In this document: piece after piece, positions 13,601 to 28,425 of the stretch | How the letters are laid out: each line of letters begins with the position of its first letter | Position numbering within the stretch: the first letter of the stretch is position 1 | Source of the DNA: the human T2T-CHM13v2.0 reference genome, Homo sapiens | Assembly: GCF_009914755.1 (NCBI RefSeq) | Contig: NC_060948.1 | Strand: one strand, 5' to 3' | Length of the DNA: 64,000 bases | Notes under the pieces: model-generated | The model's database searches: none | The model's input: the letters and a program-made list of their open reading frames with translations, nothing else | Told to the model about the DNA's origin: nothing | Program-made: the position numbers and the translations under genes

Positions 13601-14210
13601 ATGGAAATTAATGGAATGGAATGGAATCGAATGAAATGGAGTCAAAAGGAATGGAATCGAATGGCAAGAAATCGAATGTAATGGAATCGCAAGGAATTGA
13701 TGTGAACGGAACGGAATGGAATGGAATCCAAAGGAATGGAATAGAATGGAATGGAATCGAATGGAAAGGACTCGAATGGAAATCACTCAAATAGAATGAA
13801 ATTTAATAAAATGGGATCAAATGTAATGGAATGGAATGGAAAGGAATCAAAACGAAAGGAATGGAGACAGATGGAATGGAATGGAACTGAGAGCAATGGT
13901 ATAGAATGGAATGGAATCATCTGGAATGGAATTGAATGGAATGGAATAATATGAAATGGAATGGAATGGAATGGAATGCCCTTGAATTAAATGGGCTGGA
14001 ATGGAATGGACTCCAACAGAGTGGAATGGAAAGTGTTGAGATAGCATGGAATGGACTCCTTTGGAATGGTCTAGTATGCAATGCAATCGACTGGCAGGGA
14101 ATCAAAAGGAATGTAATCGAATGGATTGGACTGGAATGCAATGGACTCGAATAGATTGGAAACGGAATGCAAAGGAATGGAATGGAATAGTATGGAATGG
14201 AATGGAAAGG
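10667..14210 (+). repeat. DYZ1 unit U4 (3544 bp)
   Basis: Anchor at 10667 and 14211. Confidence 0.93.
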
Positions 14211-17200
14211 AATGGAGTGGAATAGACTAGAGTGGAATGGAATGGACTCGAAAGCAATGGACTGGAATGGAACTTTCTTGAATGGACTGGAATCAAACGG
14301 AATGGAATGCAATGCAATCAAATGGCATGGAATAAGATAGAATGAAAGAGAATCAAATGGAATTGAATGGAATGGAATCGAATGGATTGGAAAGGAATAG
14401 AATGGAATGGAATGGAATTGACTCAAATGGAATGGACTAGAATGGAATGGATTCGAATGGAAGGCAAAGGAATGGAATCTATTGGAATGGACTGTAATGG
14501 AATGCAATGAAAGGGATTGGAATGGACTCGAATGGAATGGACTGCAATAGAAAGGATTCGAATGGAATGAAAAAGAATTGAATGGAATAGAACAGAATGG
14601 AATCAAATCGAATGAAATGGAATGGAATAGAAAGGAATGGAATGAAATGGAATGGAAAGGATTCGAATGGAATGCAATCAAATGGAATGGAATCGAACGG
14701 AATGGAATAAAATGGAAGAAAACTGGCAAGAAATGGAATCGAAATGAATGGAGTGTTATGGAATGGACTCAAAAGGAATTGAATGTAATAGAATGGAGTG
14801 GAGTGGACTCGAATATAATGGACTGGAATGGAATGAAATCACACGGAATGGGAACGAATGGAATGGAATGGAAAGGAATGGAATCGAATGGAAAGGAATC
14901 GAATGGAAGGGAATGAAATTGAATCAACAGGAATGGAAGGGAATAGAATAGACGGTAATGGAATGGACTCGAATAGAATGGACACGAATGCTCAAATTGA
15001 ATGGACTCGAATGGAATGGAAAGGAAAGGAATGTCATCGAATGGAATTGAATCGATTGGAATGAAATCGCATAGAATGGAGTAGAATCAAATGGAATTGA
15101 ATCGAAAAGAAAGGAAGCGAATGGACTGAAATGAAATGGAATGGAATTGAATGGAAAGTAATGCAATGGAATAGAATGGAACGAAATTTCACGGAATGGA
15201 ATCAAACTGAATGGAATCAAATCAATAGAATCAAATCAAATGGAATGGAAAGGAATTGAATGGAGTAGATTGGATTGGATGGGATTGGAATGAAATGTAC
15301 TGGAAAGGACTCGAATTTCATGAAACGGAATGGAATGAATTGGAACGGAATGGACTCGAATGGAATGGAATGTCATGGAATGGAATCAAATGGAATGGCA
15401 TCAAATGGAATGGAATCGAATGCAATGGAATGCTATGGAATGGAATGGAATGCATTGGAATGGAATGTCCTCTAATGGAATGGATTCGAGTGGAATGGAA
15501 TCGAATATAATGGAATCGAATGAAATGGAATTGAAAAGAATGGGATCGAATACAATGGAATATACTGGAATGTAATGTAATGAACTCGAATGTAATTGAC
15601 TGGAATGGAATGTACATGAATGGAATGTAATCGAATGGAAAGTAATCCAATGGAATAGAATCTAATGCAATAAAATCGACTCAGATAGAGTAGAATGTAA
15701 TGGAATGGAGTGCAGTGCAATGGAATGGAATGGAATGCAATGGAATGGAATGGAATGGAATGGGATGGGATGGAATGGTATGGAATGGATAGTAATGGAC
15801 TGGAAAGGAATGGACTCAAATTGAAAGGGCTCGAAAGGAATGGAGACAAATGGAATGGTCTGGAATGGAATGAACACGAATGTAATGCAATCCAATAGAA
15901 TGGAGTCGAATGGCAGGGAATATAAAGAAATGGAATCGAAGAGAATGGAAACAAATGGAATGGAATTGAATGGAATGGAATTGAATGGAATGGGAACGAA
16001 TGGAGTGAAATTGTATGCAGTAGAAGAGAATAGAATGGAATGCAAGCGAAAGGAAAGGAATGGATTGGAATGGAATGGAATTCATTGGAATGGAAGGGAA
16101 TGTAGTGTAATGGACAGGCCTGGAATAAAGTGGAATGCTACGGTCTTGAATGGAATAAAAATGTATGGAATGGAATGCAATGAAACGGAATCGAATGTCA
16201 TAGAATGTAATGCAATGCAAAAAAATGGAATCCAAAATCATTGACTGGAAAGTCTGGGTGTCGAAAGGAATTGACTCCAATGGAATGGAATCGAATGGAA
16301 TGGAAGTGAATAGAATCAAACTAAATCGAATGGAATGGAATTGATAGGAACGGAATGGAAAGGAATGCAATGATTTGGCATGGAATGGAATCGAATGTCT
16401 TCAAATGGAATGGAATGGAATGCAATGGAATGGAATGTATTAGAATGTAATGAACTTTAATGGAATATACTCGAATGGATTCGACTGGAATGGAATGTTC
16501 TGGAAGTGAATGGACTCCAATGGAATGGATTCAAAAGGAATGGAATCGTACGGAATGGAATCTAATGGAATGGAATTAAATGGAAATGAATCAAATTGAA
16601 TAGCACGGAATTGAATTGAATGGAATGGAATGCAATGGAATCTAATGAAACGGAAAGGAAAGGAATGCAATGGAATGGAATGGGCTGGAATGGAAAGGAA
16701 TCGAAACGAATGGAATGGAATCGAACTGAAGAGACTGGAATGGAAAGCACTGGAATGGAAGGGAGTGTAATGTAAGGTTCTCGAAAAAAATGGAATCGAA
16801 TGGAATGCAATTGAATGGAACGGAATAGAGTCGAATGCAATTGAATGGAATGGAATGGACTAGAGTGAAATGGAATCGAACCACAAGGAATGGACAGGAA
16901 TAGAATGGTCTCGAATTGAATGGAATCGTATGGAATGGCATCAAACGGAATGGAATGGACAGCCACGGAATGGAATGCACTCGAATGCAATGGAGTCGAA
17001 ACTAATGGACTGGAATAGAATAGACTCGACTGGTAAGGACTCCAATGGAATGGAATCGAATGGAAGGGAAACGAACGGAATGGACTCGAAGGGAAAAGAC
17101 TGCAATGGAAAGGTCTCGAATGGAATGGAAATTAATGGAATGGAATGGAATCGAATGAAATGGAGGCAAAAGGAATGGAATCGAATGGCAAGAAATCGAA

Positions 17201-17734
17201 TGTAATGGAATCGCAAGGAATTGATGTGAACGGAACGGAATGGAATGGAATCCAAAGGAATGGAATAGAATGGAATGGAATCGAAAGGAAAGGACTCGAA
17301 TGGAAATCACTCGAATAGAATGAAATTTAATAAAATAGGATCAAATGTAATGGAATGGAATGGAAAGGAATCGAAACGAAAGGAATGGAGACAGATGGAA
17401 TGGAATGGAACACAGAGCAATGGTATAGAATGGAATGGAATCATCTGGAATGGAATTGAATGGAATGGAATAATATGAAATGGAATGGAATGAAATGGAA
17501 TGCCCTTGAATTAAATGGACTGGAATGGAATGGACTCCAACAGAGTGGAATGGAAAGTGTTGAGATAGAATGGAATGGACTCCTTTGGAATGGTCTAGTA
17601 TGCAATGCAATCGACTGGCAGGGAATCAAAAGGAATGTAATCGAATGGATTGGACTGGAATGCAATGGACTCGAATAGATTGGAAACGGAATGCAAAGGA
17701 ATGGAATGGAATAGTATGGAATGGAATGGAAAGG
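14211..17734 (+). repeat. DYZ1 unit U5 (3524 bp, shortest complete unit)
   Basis: Anchor at 14211 and 17735; 15-bp deletion near 15800. Confidence 0.93.
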
Positions 17735-20700
17735 AATGGAGTGGAATAGACTAGAGTGGAATGGAATGGACTCGAAAGCAATGGACTGGAATGGAACTTT
17801 CTTGAATGGACTGGAATCAAACGGAATGGAATGCAATGCAATCAAATGACATGGAATAAGATAGAATGAAAGAGAATCAAATGGAATTGAATCGAATGGA
17901 ATCGAATGGATTGGAAAGGAATAGAATGGAATGGAATGGAATTGACTCAAATGGAATGGACTAGAATGGAATGGATTCGAATGGAAGGCAAAGGAATGGA
18001 ATCTATTGGAATGGACTGTAATGGAATGCAATGGAAGGGATTGGAATGGACTCGAATGGAATGGACTGCAATAGAAAGGATTCGAATGGAATGAAAAAGA
18101 ATTGAATGGAATAGAACAGAATGGAATCGAATCGAATGAAATGGAATGGAATAGAAAGGAATGGAATGAAATGGAATGGAAAGGATTCGAATGGAATGCA
18201 ATCGAATGGAATGGAATCGAACGGAATGGAATAAAATGGAAGAAAACTGGCAAGAAATGGAATCGAAATGAATGGAGTGTTATGGAACGGACTCAAAAGG
18301 AATTGAATGTAATAGAATGGAGTGGAGTGGACTCGAATATAATGGACTGGAATGGAATGAAATCACATGGAATGGGAACGAATGGAATGGAATGGAAAGG
18401 AATGGAATCGAATGGAAAGGAATCGAATGGAAGGGAATGAAATTGAATCAACAGGAATGGAAGGGAATAGAATAGACGGTAATGGAATGGACTCGAATAG
18501 AATGGACACGAATGCTCAAATTGAATGGACTCGAATGGAATGGAAACGAAAGGAATGTCATCGAATGGAATTGAATCGATTGGAATGAAATCACATAGAA
18601 TGGAGTGGAATCAAATGGAATTGAATCGAAAGGAAAGGAAGCGAATGGACTGAAATGAAATGGAATGGAATTGAATGGAAAGTAATGCAATGGAATAGAA
18701 TGGAACGAAATTTCACGGAACGGAATCAAACTGAATGGAATCAAATCAATGGATTCTAATCAAATGGAATGGAAAGGAATTGAAGGGAGTAGATTGGATT
18801 GGATGGGATTGGAATGAAATGTACTGGAAAGGACTCGAATTTCATGAAACGGAATGGAATGAATTGGAACGGAAGGGACTCGAATGGAATGGAATGTCAT
18901 GGAATGGCATCAAATGGAATGGCATCAAATGGAATGGAATCGAATGCAATGGAATGTTATGGAATGGAATGGAATGCATTGGAATGGAATGTCCTCTAAT
19001 GGAATGGATTCGAGTGGAATGGAATCGAATATAATGGAGTCGAATGAAATGGAATTGAAAAGAATGGGATCGAATACAATGGAATATACTGGAATGAAAT
19101 GTAATGAACTCGAATGTAATTGACTGGAATGGAATGTACATGAATGGAATGTAATCGAATGGAAAGTAATCCAATGGAATAGAATCTAATGCAATAAAAT
19201 CGACTCAGATACAGTAGAATGTAATGGAATGGAGTGCAGTGCAATGGAATGGAATGGAATGGAATGCAATGGAATGGAATGGAATGGAATGGAATGGGAT
19301 GGAATGGTATGGAATGGATAGTAATGGACTGGAGTGAAATGGACTGGAAAGGGATGGACTCAAATTGAAAGGGCTCGAAAGGAATGGAGACAAATGGAAT
19401 GGTCTGGAATGGAATGAACACGAATGTAATGCAATCCAATAGAATGGAGTCGAATGGCAGGGAATATAAAGAAATGGAATCGAAGAGAATGGAAACAAAT
19501 GGAATGGAATTGAATGGAATGGAATTGAATGGAATGGGAACGAATGGAGTGAAATTGTATGCAGTAGAAGAGAATAGAATGGAATGCAAGCGAAAGGAAA
19601 GGAATGGATTGGAATGGAATGGAATTCATTGGAATGGAAGGGAATGTAGTGTAATGGACAGGCCAGGAATAAAGTGGAATGCTACGGTCTCGAATGGAAT
19701 AAAAATGTATGGAATGGAATGCAATGAAACGGAATCGAATGTCATAGAATGTAATGGAATGCAAAAAAATGGACTCCAAAATCATTGACTGGAAAGGCTG
19801 GGTGTCGAAAGGAATTGACTCCAATGGAATGGAATCGAATGGAATGGAAGTGAATAGAATCAAACTAAATCGAATGGAATGGAATTGATAGGAACGGAAT
19901 GGAAAGGAATGCAATGATTTGGCATGGAATGGAACCGAATGGCATCGAATGGAATGGAATGGAATGCAATGGAATGGAATGTATTAGAATGTAATGAACT
20001 TTAATGGAATATACTCGAATGGATTCGACTGGAATGGAATGTTCTGGAAGTGAATGGACTCCAATGGAATGGATTCAAAAGGAATGGAATTGTACGGAAT
20101 GGAATCTAATGGAATGGAATTAAATGGAAATGAATCAAATTGAATAGCACGGAATTGAATTGAATGGAATGGAATGCAATGGAATCTAATGAAACGGAAA
20201 GGAAAGGAATGGAATGGAATGGAATGGGCTGGAATGGAAAGGAATCGAAACGAATGGAATGGAATCGAACTGAAGAGACTGGAATGGAATGCACTGGAAT
20301 GGAAGGGAGTGTAATGGAAGGTTCTCGAAAAAAAAGGAATCGAATGGAATGGAATTGAATGGAACGGAATAGAGTCGAATGGAATTGAATGGAATGGAAT
20401 GGACTAGAGTGAAATGGAATCGAACCACAAGGAATGAGCAGGAATAGAATGGTCTCGAATTGAATGGAATCGTATGGAATGGCATCAAACGGAATGGAAT
20501 GGACAGCCCCGGAATGGAATGCACTCGAATGCAATGGAGTCGAAACTAATGGACTGGAATAGAATGGACTCGACTGGTACGGACTCCAATGGAATGGAAT
20601 CGAATGGAAGGGAATCGAACGGAATGGACTCGAAGGGAAAAGACTGCAATGGAAAGGTCTCGAATGGAATGGAAATTAATGGAATGGAATGGAATCGAAT

Positions 20701-21283
20701 GAAATGGAGTCAAAAGGAATGGAATCGAAGGGCAAGAAATCGAATGTAATGGAATCGCAAGGAATTGATGTGAACGGAACGGAATGGAATGGAATCCAAA
20801 GGAATGGAATAGAATGGAATGGAATCGAATGGAAAGGACTCGAATGGAAATCACTCGAATAGAATGCAATTTAATAAAATAGGATCAAATGTAATGGAAT
20901 GGAATGGAAAGGAATCGAAACGAAAGGAATGGAGACAGATGGAATGGAATGGAACAGAGAGCAATGGTATAGAATGGAATGGAATCATCTGGAATGGAAT
21001 TGAATGGAATGGAATAATATGAAATGGAATGGAATGGAATGGAATGGAATGCCCTCGAATTAAATGGACTGGAATGGAATGGACTCGAACAGAGTGGAAT
21101 GGAAAGTGTTGAGATAGAATGGAATGGACTCCTTTGGAATGGTGTAGTATGCAATGCAATCGACTGGCAGGGAATCAAAAGGAATGTAATCGAATGGATT
21201 GGACTGGAATGCAATGGACTCGAATAGATTGGAAACGGAATGCAAAGGAATGGAATGGAATAGTATGGAATGGAATGGAAAGG
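17735..21283 (+). repeat. DYZ1 unit U6 (3549 bp; apparent chimera between subfamilies)
   Basis: Anchor at 17735 and 21284; diagnostic variants switch at ~20.0-20.2 kb. Confidence 0.92.
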
Positions 21284-24200
21284 AATGGAGTGGAATAGAC
21301 TAGAGTGGAATGGAATGGACTGGAAAGCAATGGACTGGAATGGAACTTTCTTGAATGGACTGGAATCAAACGGAATGGAATGCAATGCAATCAAATGGCA
21401 TGGAATAAAATAGAATGAAAGAGAATCAAATGGAATTGAATCGAATGGAATCGAATGGATTGGAAAGGAATAGAATGGAATGGAATGGAATTGACTCAAA
21501 TGGAATGGACTAGAATGGAATGGATTCGAATGGAAGGCAAAGGAATGGAATCTATTGGAATGGACTGTAATGGAATGGAATGGAAGGGATTGGAATGGAC
21601 TCGAATGGAATGGACTGCAATAGAAAGGATTCGAATGGAATGAAAAAGAATTGAATGGAATAGAACAGAATGGAATCAAATCGAATGAAATGGAATGGAA
21701 TAGAAAGGAATGGAATGAAATGGAATGGAAAGGATTCGAATGGAATGCAATCGAATGGAATGGAATCGAACGGAATGGAATAAAATGGAAGAAAACTGGC
21801 AAGAAATGGAATCGAAATGAATGGAGTGTTATGGAACGGACTCAAAAGGAATTGAATGTAATAGAATGGAGTGGAGTGGACTCGAATGTAATGGACTGGA
21901 ATGGAATGAAATCACATGGAATGGGAACGAATGGAATGGAATGGAAAGGAATGGAATCGAATGGAAAGGAATCGAATGGAAGGGAATGAAATTGAATCAA
22001 CAGGAATGGAAGGGAATAGAATAGACGGTAATGGAATGGACTCGAACAGAATGGACACGAATGCTCAAATTGAATGGACTCGAATGGAATGGAAACGAAA
22101 GGAATGTCATCGAATGGAATTGAATCGATTGGAATGAAATCGCATAGAATGGAGTGGAATCAAATGGAATTGAATCGAAAGGAAAGGAAGCGAATGGACT
22201 GAAATGAAATGGAATGGAATTGAATGGAAAGTAATGCAATGGAATAGAATGGAACGAAATTTCACGGAATGGAATCAAACTGAATGGAATCAAATCAATG
22301 GAATCAAATCAAATGGAATGGAAAGGAATTGAATGGAGTAGATTGGATTGGATGGGATTGGAATGAAATGTACTGGAAAGGACTTGAATTTCATGACACG
22401 GAATGGAATGAATTGGAACGGAATGGACTCGAATGGAATGGAATGTCATGGAATGGCATCAAATGGAATGGCATCAAATGGAATGGAATCGAATGCAATG
22501 GAATGCTATGGAATGGAATGGAATGCATTGGAATGGAATGTCCTCTAATGGAATGGATTCGAGTGGAATGGAATCGAATATAATGGAGTCGAATGAAAAG
22601 GAATTGAAAGGAGTGGGATCGAATACAATGGAATATACTGGAATGTAATGTAATGAACTCGAATGTAATTGACTGGAATGGAATGTACATGAATGGAATG
22701 TAATCGAATGGAAAGTAATCCAATGGAATAGAATCTAATGCAATAAAACCGACTCAGATAGAGTAGAATGTAATGGAATGGAGTGCAGTGCAATGGAATG
22801 GAATGGAATGGAATGCAATGGAATGGAATGGAATGGAATGGAATGGAATGGAATGGAATGGAATGGGATGGAATGGGATGGAATGGATAGTAATGGACTG
22901 GAGTGAAATGGACTGGAAAGGAATGGACTCAAATTGAAAGGGCTCGAAAGGAATGGAGTCAAATGGAATGGTCTGGAATGGAATGAACACGAATGTAATG
23001 CAATCCAATAGAATGGAATCGAATGGCATGGAATATAAAGAAATGGAATCGAAGAGAATGGAAACAAATGGAATGGAATTGAATGGAATGGAATTGAATG
23101 GAATGGGAACGAATGGAGTGAAATTGTATGCAGTAGAAGGGAATAGAATGGAATGCAAGCGAAAGGAAAGGAATGGATTGGAATGGAATGGAATTCATTG
23201 GAATGGAAGGGAATGTAGTGTAATGGACAGGCCTGGAATAAAGTGGAATGCTACGGTCTCGAATGGAATAAAAATGTATGGAATGGAATGCAATGAAACG
23301 GAATCGAATGTCATAGAATGTAATGGAATGCAAAAAAATGGACTCCAAAATCATTGACTGGAAAGGCTGGGTGTCGAAAGGAATTGACTCCAATGGAATG
23401 GAATCGAATGGAATGGAAGTGAATAGAATCGAACTAAATCGAATGGAATGGAATTGATAGGAACGGAATGGAAAGGAATGCAATGATTTGGCATGGAATG
23501 GAATCGAATGGCATCGAATGGAATGGAATGGAATGCAATGGAATGGAATGTATTAGAATGTAATGAACTTTAATGGAATGTACTCGAATGGATTCGACTG
23601 GAATGGAATGTTCTGGAAGTGAATGGACTCCAATGGAATGGATTCAAAAGGAATGGAATCGTACGGAATGGAATCTAATGGAATGGAATTAAATGGAAAT
23701 GAATCAAATTGAATAGCACGGAATTGAATTGAATGGAATGGAATGCAATGGAATCTAATGAAACGGAAAGGAAAGGAATGGAATGGAATGGAAAGGGCTG
23801 GAATGGAAAGGAATCGAAACGAATGGAATGGAATCGAACTGAAGAGACTGGAATGGAATGCACTGGAATGGAAGGGAGTGTAATGGAAGGTTCTCGAAAA
23901 AAATGGAATCGAATGGAATGGAATTGAATGGAACGGAATAGAGTCGAATGGAATTGAATGGAATGGAATGGACTAGAGTGAAATGGAATCGAACCACAAG
24001 GAATGGACAGGAATAGAATGGTCTCGAATTGAATGGAATCGTATGGAATGGCATCAAACGGAATGGAATGGACAGCCACGGAATGGAATGCACTCGAATG
24101 CAATGGAGTCGAAACTAATGGACTGGAATAGAATGGACTCGACTGGTACGGACTCCAATGGAATGGAATCGAATGGAAGGGAATCGAACGGAATGGACTC

Positions 24201-24867
24201 GAAGGGAAAAGACTGCAATGGAAAGGTCTCGAATGGAATGGAAATTAATGGAATGGAATGGAATCGAATGAAATGGAGTCAAAAGGAATGGAATCGAATG
24301 GCAAGAAATCGAATGTAATGGAATCGCAAGGAATTGATGTGAACGGAACGGAATGGAATGGAATCCAAAGGAATGGAATAGAATGGAATGGAATCGAATG
24401 GAAAGGACTCGAATGGAAATCACTCGAATAGAATGCAATTTAATAAAATAGGATCAAATGTAATGGAATGGAATGGAAAGGAATCGAAACGAAAGGAATG
24501 GAGACAGATGGAATGGAATGGAACAGAGAGCAATGGTATAGAATGGAATGGAATCATCTGGAATGGAATTGAATGGAATGGAATAATATGAAATGGAATG
24601 GAATGGAATGGAATGGAATGGAATGGAATGGAATGCCCTTGAATTAAATGGACTGGAATGGAATGGACTCGAACAGAGTGGAATGGAAAGTGTTGAGATA
24701 GAATGCAATGGACTCCTTCGGAATGGTCTAGTATGCAATGCAATCGACTGGCAGGGAATCAAAAGGAATGTAATCGAATGGATTGGACTGGAATGCAGTG
24801 GACTCGAATAGATTGGAAACGGAATGCAAAGGAATGGAATGGAATAGTATGGAATGGAATGGAAAGG
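21284..24867 (+). repeat. DYZ1 unit U7 (3584 bp)
   Basis: Anchor at 21284 and 24868. Confidence 0.93.
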
Positions 24868-27800
24868 AATGGAGTGGAATAGACTAGAGTGGAATGGAAT
24901 GGACTGGAAAGCAATGGACTGGAATGGAACTTTCTTGAATGGACTGGAATCAAACGGAATGGAATGCAATGCAATCAAATGGCATGGAATAAAATAGAAT
25001 GAAAGAGAATCAAATGGAATTGAATCGAATGGAATCGAATGGATTGGAAAGGAATAGAATGGAATGGAATGGAATTGACTCAAATGGAATGGACTAGAAT
25101 GGAATGGATTCGAATGGAAGGCAAAGGAATGGAATCTATTGGAATGGACTGTAATGGAATGGAATGGAAGGGATTGGAATGGACTCGAATGGAATGGACT
25201 GCAATAGAAAGGATTCGAATGGAATGAAAAAGAATTGAATGGAATAGAACAGAATGGAATCAAATCGAATGAAATGGAATGGAATAGAAAGGAATGGAAT
25301 GAAATGGAATGGAAAGGATTCGAATGGAATGCAATCGAATGGAATGGAATCGAACGGAATGGAATAAAATGGAAGAAAACTGGCAAGAAATGGAATCGAA
25401 ATGAATGGAGTGTTATGGAACGGACTCAAAAGGAATTGAATGTAATAGAATGGAGTGGAGTGGACTCGAATATAATGGACTGGAATGGAATGAAATCACA
25501 TGGAATGGGAACGAATGGAAAGGAATGGAAAGGAATGGAATCGAATGGAAAGGAATCGAATGGAAGGGAATGAAATTGAATCAACAGGAATGGAAGGGAA
25601 TAGAATAGACGGTAATGGAATGGACTCGAATAGAATGGACACGAATGCTCAAATTGAATGGACTCCAATGGAATGGAAACGAAAGGAATGTCATCGAATA
25701 GAATTGAATCGACTGGAATGAAATCGCAAGAATGGAGTGGAATCAAATGGAATTGAATCGAAAGGAAAGGAAGCGAATGGACTGAAATGAAATGGAATGG
25801 AATTGAATGGAAAGTAATGCAATGGAATAGAATGGAACGAAATTTCACGGAATGGAATCAAACTGAAAGGAATCAAATCAATGGAATCTAATCAAATGGA
25901 ATGGAAAGGAATTGAATGGAGTAGATTGGATTGGATGGGATTGGAGTGAAATGTACTGGAAAGGACTCGAATTTCATGAAACGGAATGGAATGAATTGGA
26001 ACGGAATGGACTCGAATGGAATGGAATGTCATGGAATGGCATCAAATGGAATGGCATCAAATGGAATGGAATCGAATGCAATGGAATGCTATGGAATGGA
26101 ATGGAATGCATTGGAATGGAATGTCCTCTAATGGAATGGATTCGAGTGGAATGGAATCGAATATAATGGAGTCGAATGAAATGGAATTGAAAGGAATGGG
26201 ATCGAATACAATGGAATATGCTGGAATGTAATGTAATGAACACGAATGTAATTGACTGGAATGGAATGTACATGAATGGAATGTAATCGAATGGAAAGTA
26301 ATCCAATGGAATAGAATCTAATGCAATAAAATCGACTCAGATAGAGTAGAATGTAATGGAATGGAGTGCAGTACAATGGAATGGAATGGAATGCAATGGA
26401 ATGGAATGGAATGGAATGGAATGGAATGGGATGGAATGGGATGGAATGGTATGGAGTGGATAGTAATGGACTGGAGTGAAATGGACTGGAAAGGAATGGA
26501 CTCAAATTGAAAGGGCTCGAAAGGAATGGAGTCAAATGGAATGGTCTGGAATGGAATGAACACGAATGTAATGCAATCCAATAGAATGGAATCGAATGGC
26601 ATGGAATATAAAGAAATGGAATCGAAGAGAATGGAAACAAATGGAATGGAATTGAATGGAATGGAATTGAATGGAATGGGAACGAATGGAGTGAAATTGT
26701 ATGCAGTAGAAGGGAATAGAATGGAATGCAAGCGAAAGGAAAGGAATGGATTGGAATGGAATGGAATTCATTGGAATGGAAGGGAATGTAGTGTAATGGA
26801 CAGACCTGGAATAAAGTGGAATGCTACGGTCTCGAATGGAATAAAAATGTATGGAATGGAATGCAATGAAACGGAATCGAATGTCATAGAATGTAATGGA
26901 ATGCAAAAAATTGGAATCCAAAATCATTGACTGGAAAGGCTGGGTGTCGAAAGGAATTGACTCCAATGATATGGAATCGAATGGAATGGAAGTGAATAGA
27001 ATCGAACTAAATCGAATGGAATGGAATTGATAGGAACGGAATGGAAAGGAATGCAATGAATTGGCATGGAATGGAATCGAATGGCATCGAATGGAATGGA
27101 ATGGAATGCAATGGAATGGAATGTATTAGAATGTAATGAACTTTAATGGAATGTACTCGAATGGATTCGACTGGAATGGAATGTTCTGGAAGTGAATGGA
27201 CTCCAATGGAATGGATTCAAAAGGAATGGAATCGTACGGAATGGAATCTAATGGAATGGAATTAAATGGAAATGAATCAAATTGAATAGAACGGAATTGA
27301 ATTGAATGGAATGGAATGCAATGGAATCTAATGAAACGGAAAGGAAAGGAATGGAATGGAATGGAATGGGCTGGAATGGAAAGGAATCGAAACGAATGGA
27401 ATGGAATCGAACTGAAGAGACTGGAATGGAATGCACTGGAATGGAAGGGAGTGTAATGGAAGGTTCTCGAAAAAAATGGAATCGAATGGAATGGAATTGA
27501 ATGGAACGGAATAGAGTCGAATGGAATTGAATGGAATGGAATGGACTAGAGTGAAATGGAATCGAACCACAAGGAATGGACAGGAATAGAATGGTCTCGA
27601 ATTGAATGGAATCGTATGGAATGGCATCAAACGGAATGGAATGGACAGCCACGGAATGGAATGCACTCGAATGCAATGGAGTCGAAACTAATGGACTGGA
27701 ATAGAATGGACTCGACTGGTACGGACTCCAATGGAATGGAATCGAATGGAAGGGAATCGAACGGAATGGACTCGAAGGGAAAAGACTGCAATGGAAAGGT

Positions 27801-28425
27801 CTCGAATGGAATGGAAATTAATGGAATGGAATGGAATCGAATGAAATGGAGTCAAAAGGAATGGAATCGAATGGCAAGAAATCGAATGTAATGGAATCGC
27901 AAGGAATTGATGTGAACGGAACGGAATGGAATGGAATCCAAAGGAATGGAATAGAACGGAATGGAATCGAATGGAAAGGACTCGAATGGAAATCACTCGA
28001 ATAGAATGCAATTTAATAAAATAGGATCAAATGTAATGGAATGGAATGGAAAGGAATCGAAACGAAAGGAATGGAGACAGATGGAATGGAATGGAACAGA
28101 GAGCAATGGTATAGAATGGAATGGAATCATCTGGAATGGAATTGAATGGAATGGAATAATATGAAATGGAATGGAATGGAATGGAATGGAATGCCCTTGA
28201 ATTAAATGGACTGGAATGGAATGGACTCGAACAGAGTGGAATGGAAAGTGTTGAGATAGAATGGAATGGACTCCTTTGGAATGGTGTAGTATGCAATGCA
28301 ATCGACTGGCAGGGAATCAAGAGGAATGTAATGGAATGGATTGGACTGGAATGCAATGGACTCGAATAGATTGGAAACGGAATGCAAAGGAATGGAATGG
28401 AATAGTATGGAATGGAATGGAAAGG
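24868..28425 (+). repeat. DYZ1 unit U8 (3558 bp)
   Basis: Anchor at 24868 and 28426; CGCAAG 1-bp deletion at 25725; HaeIII site lost at 26803. Confidence 0.93.
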
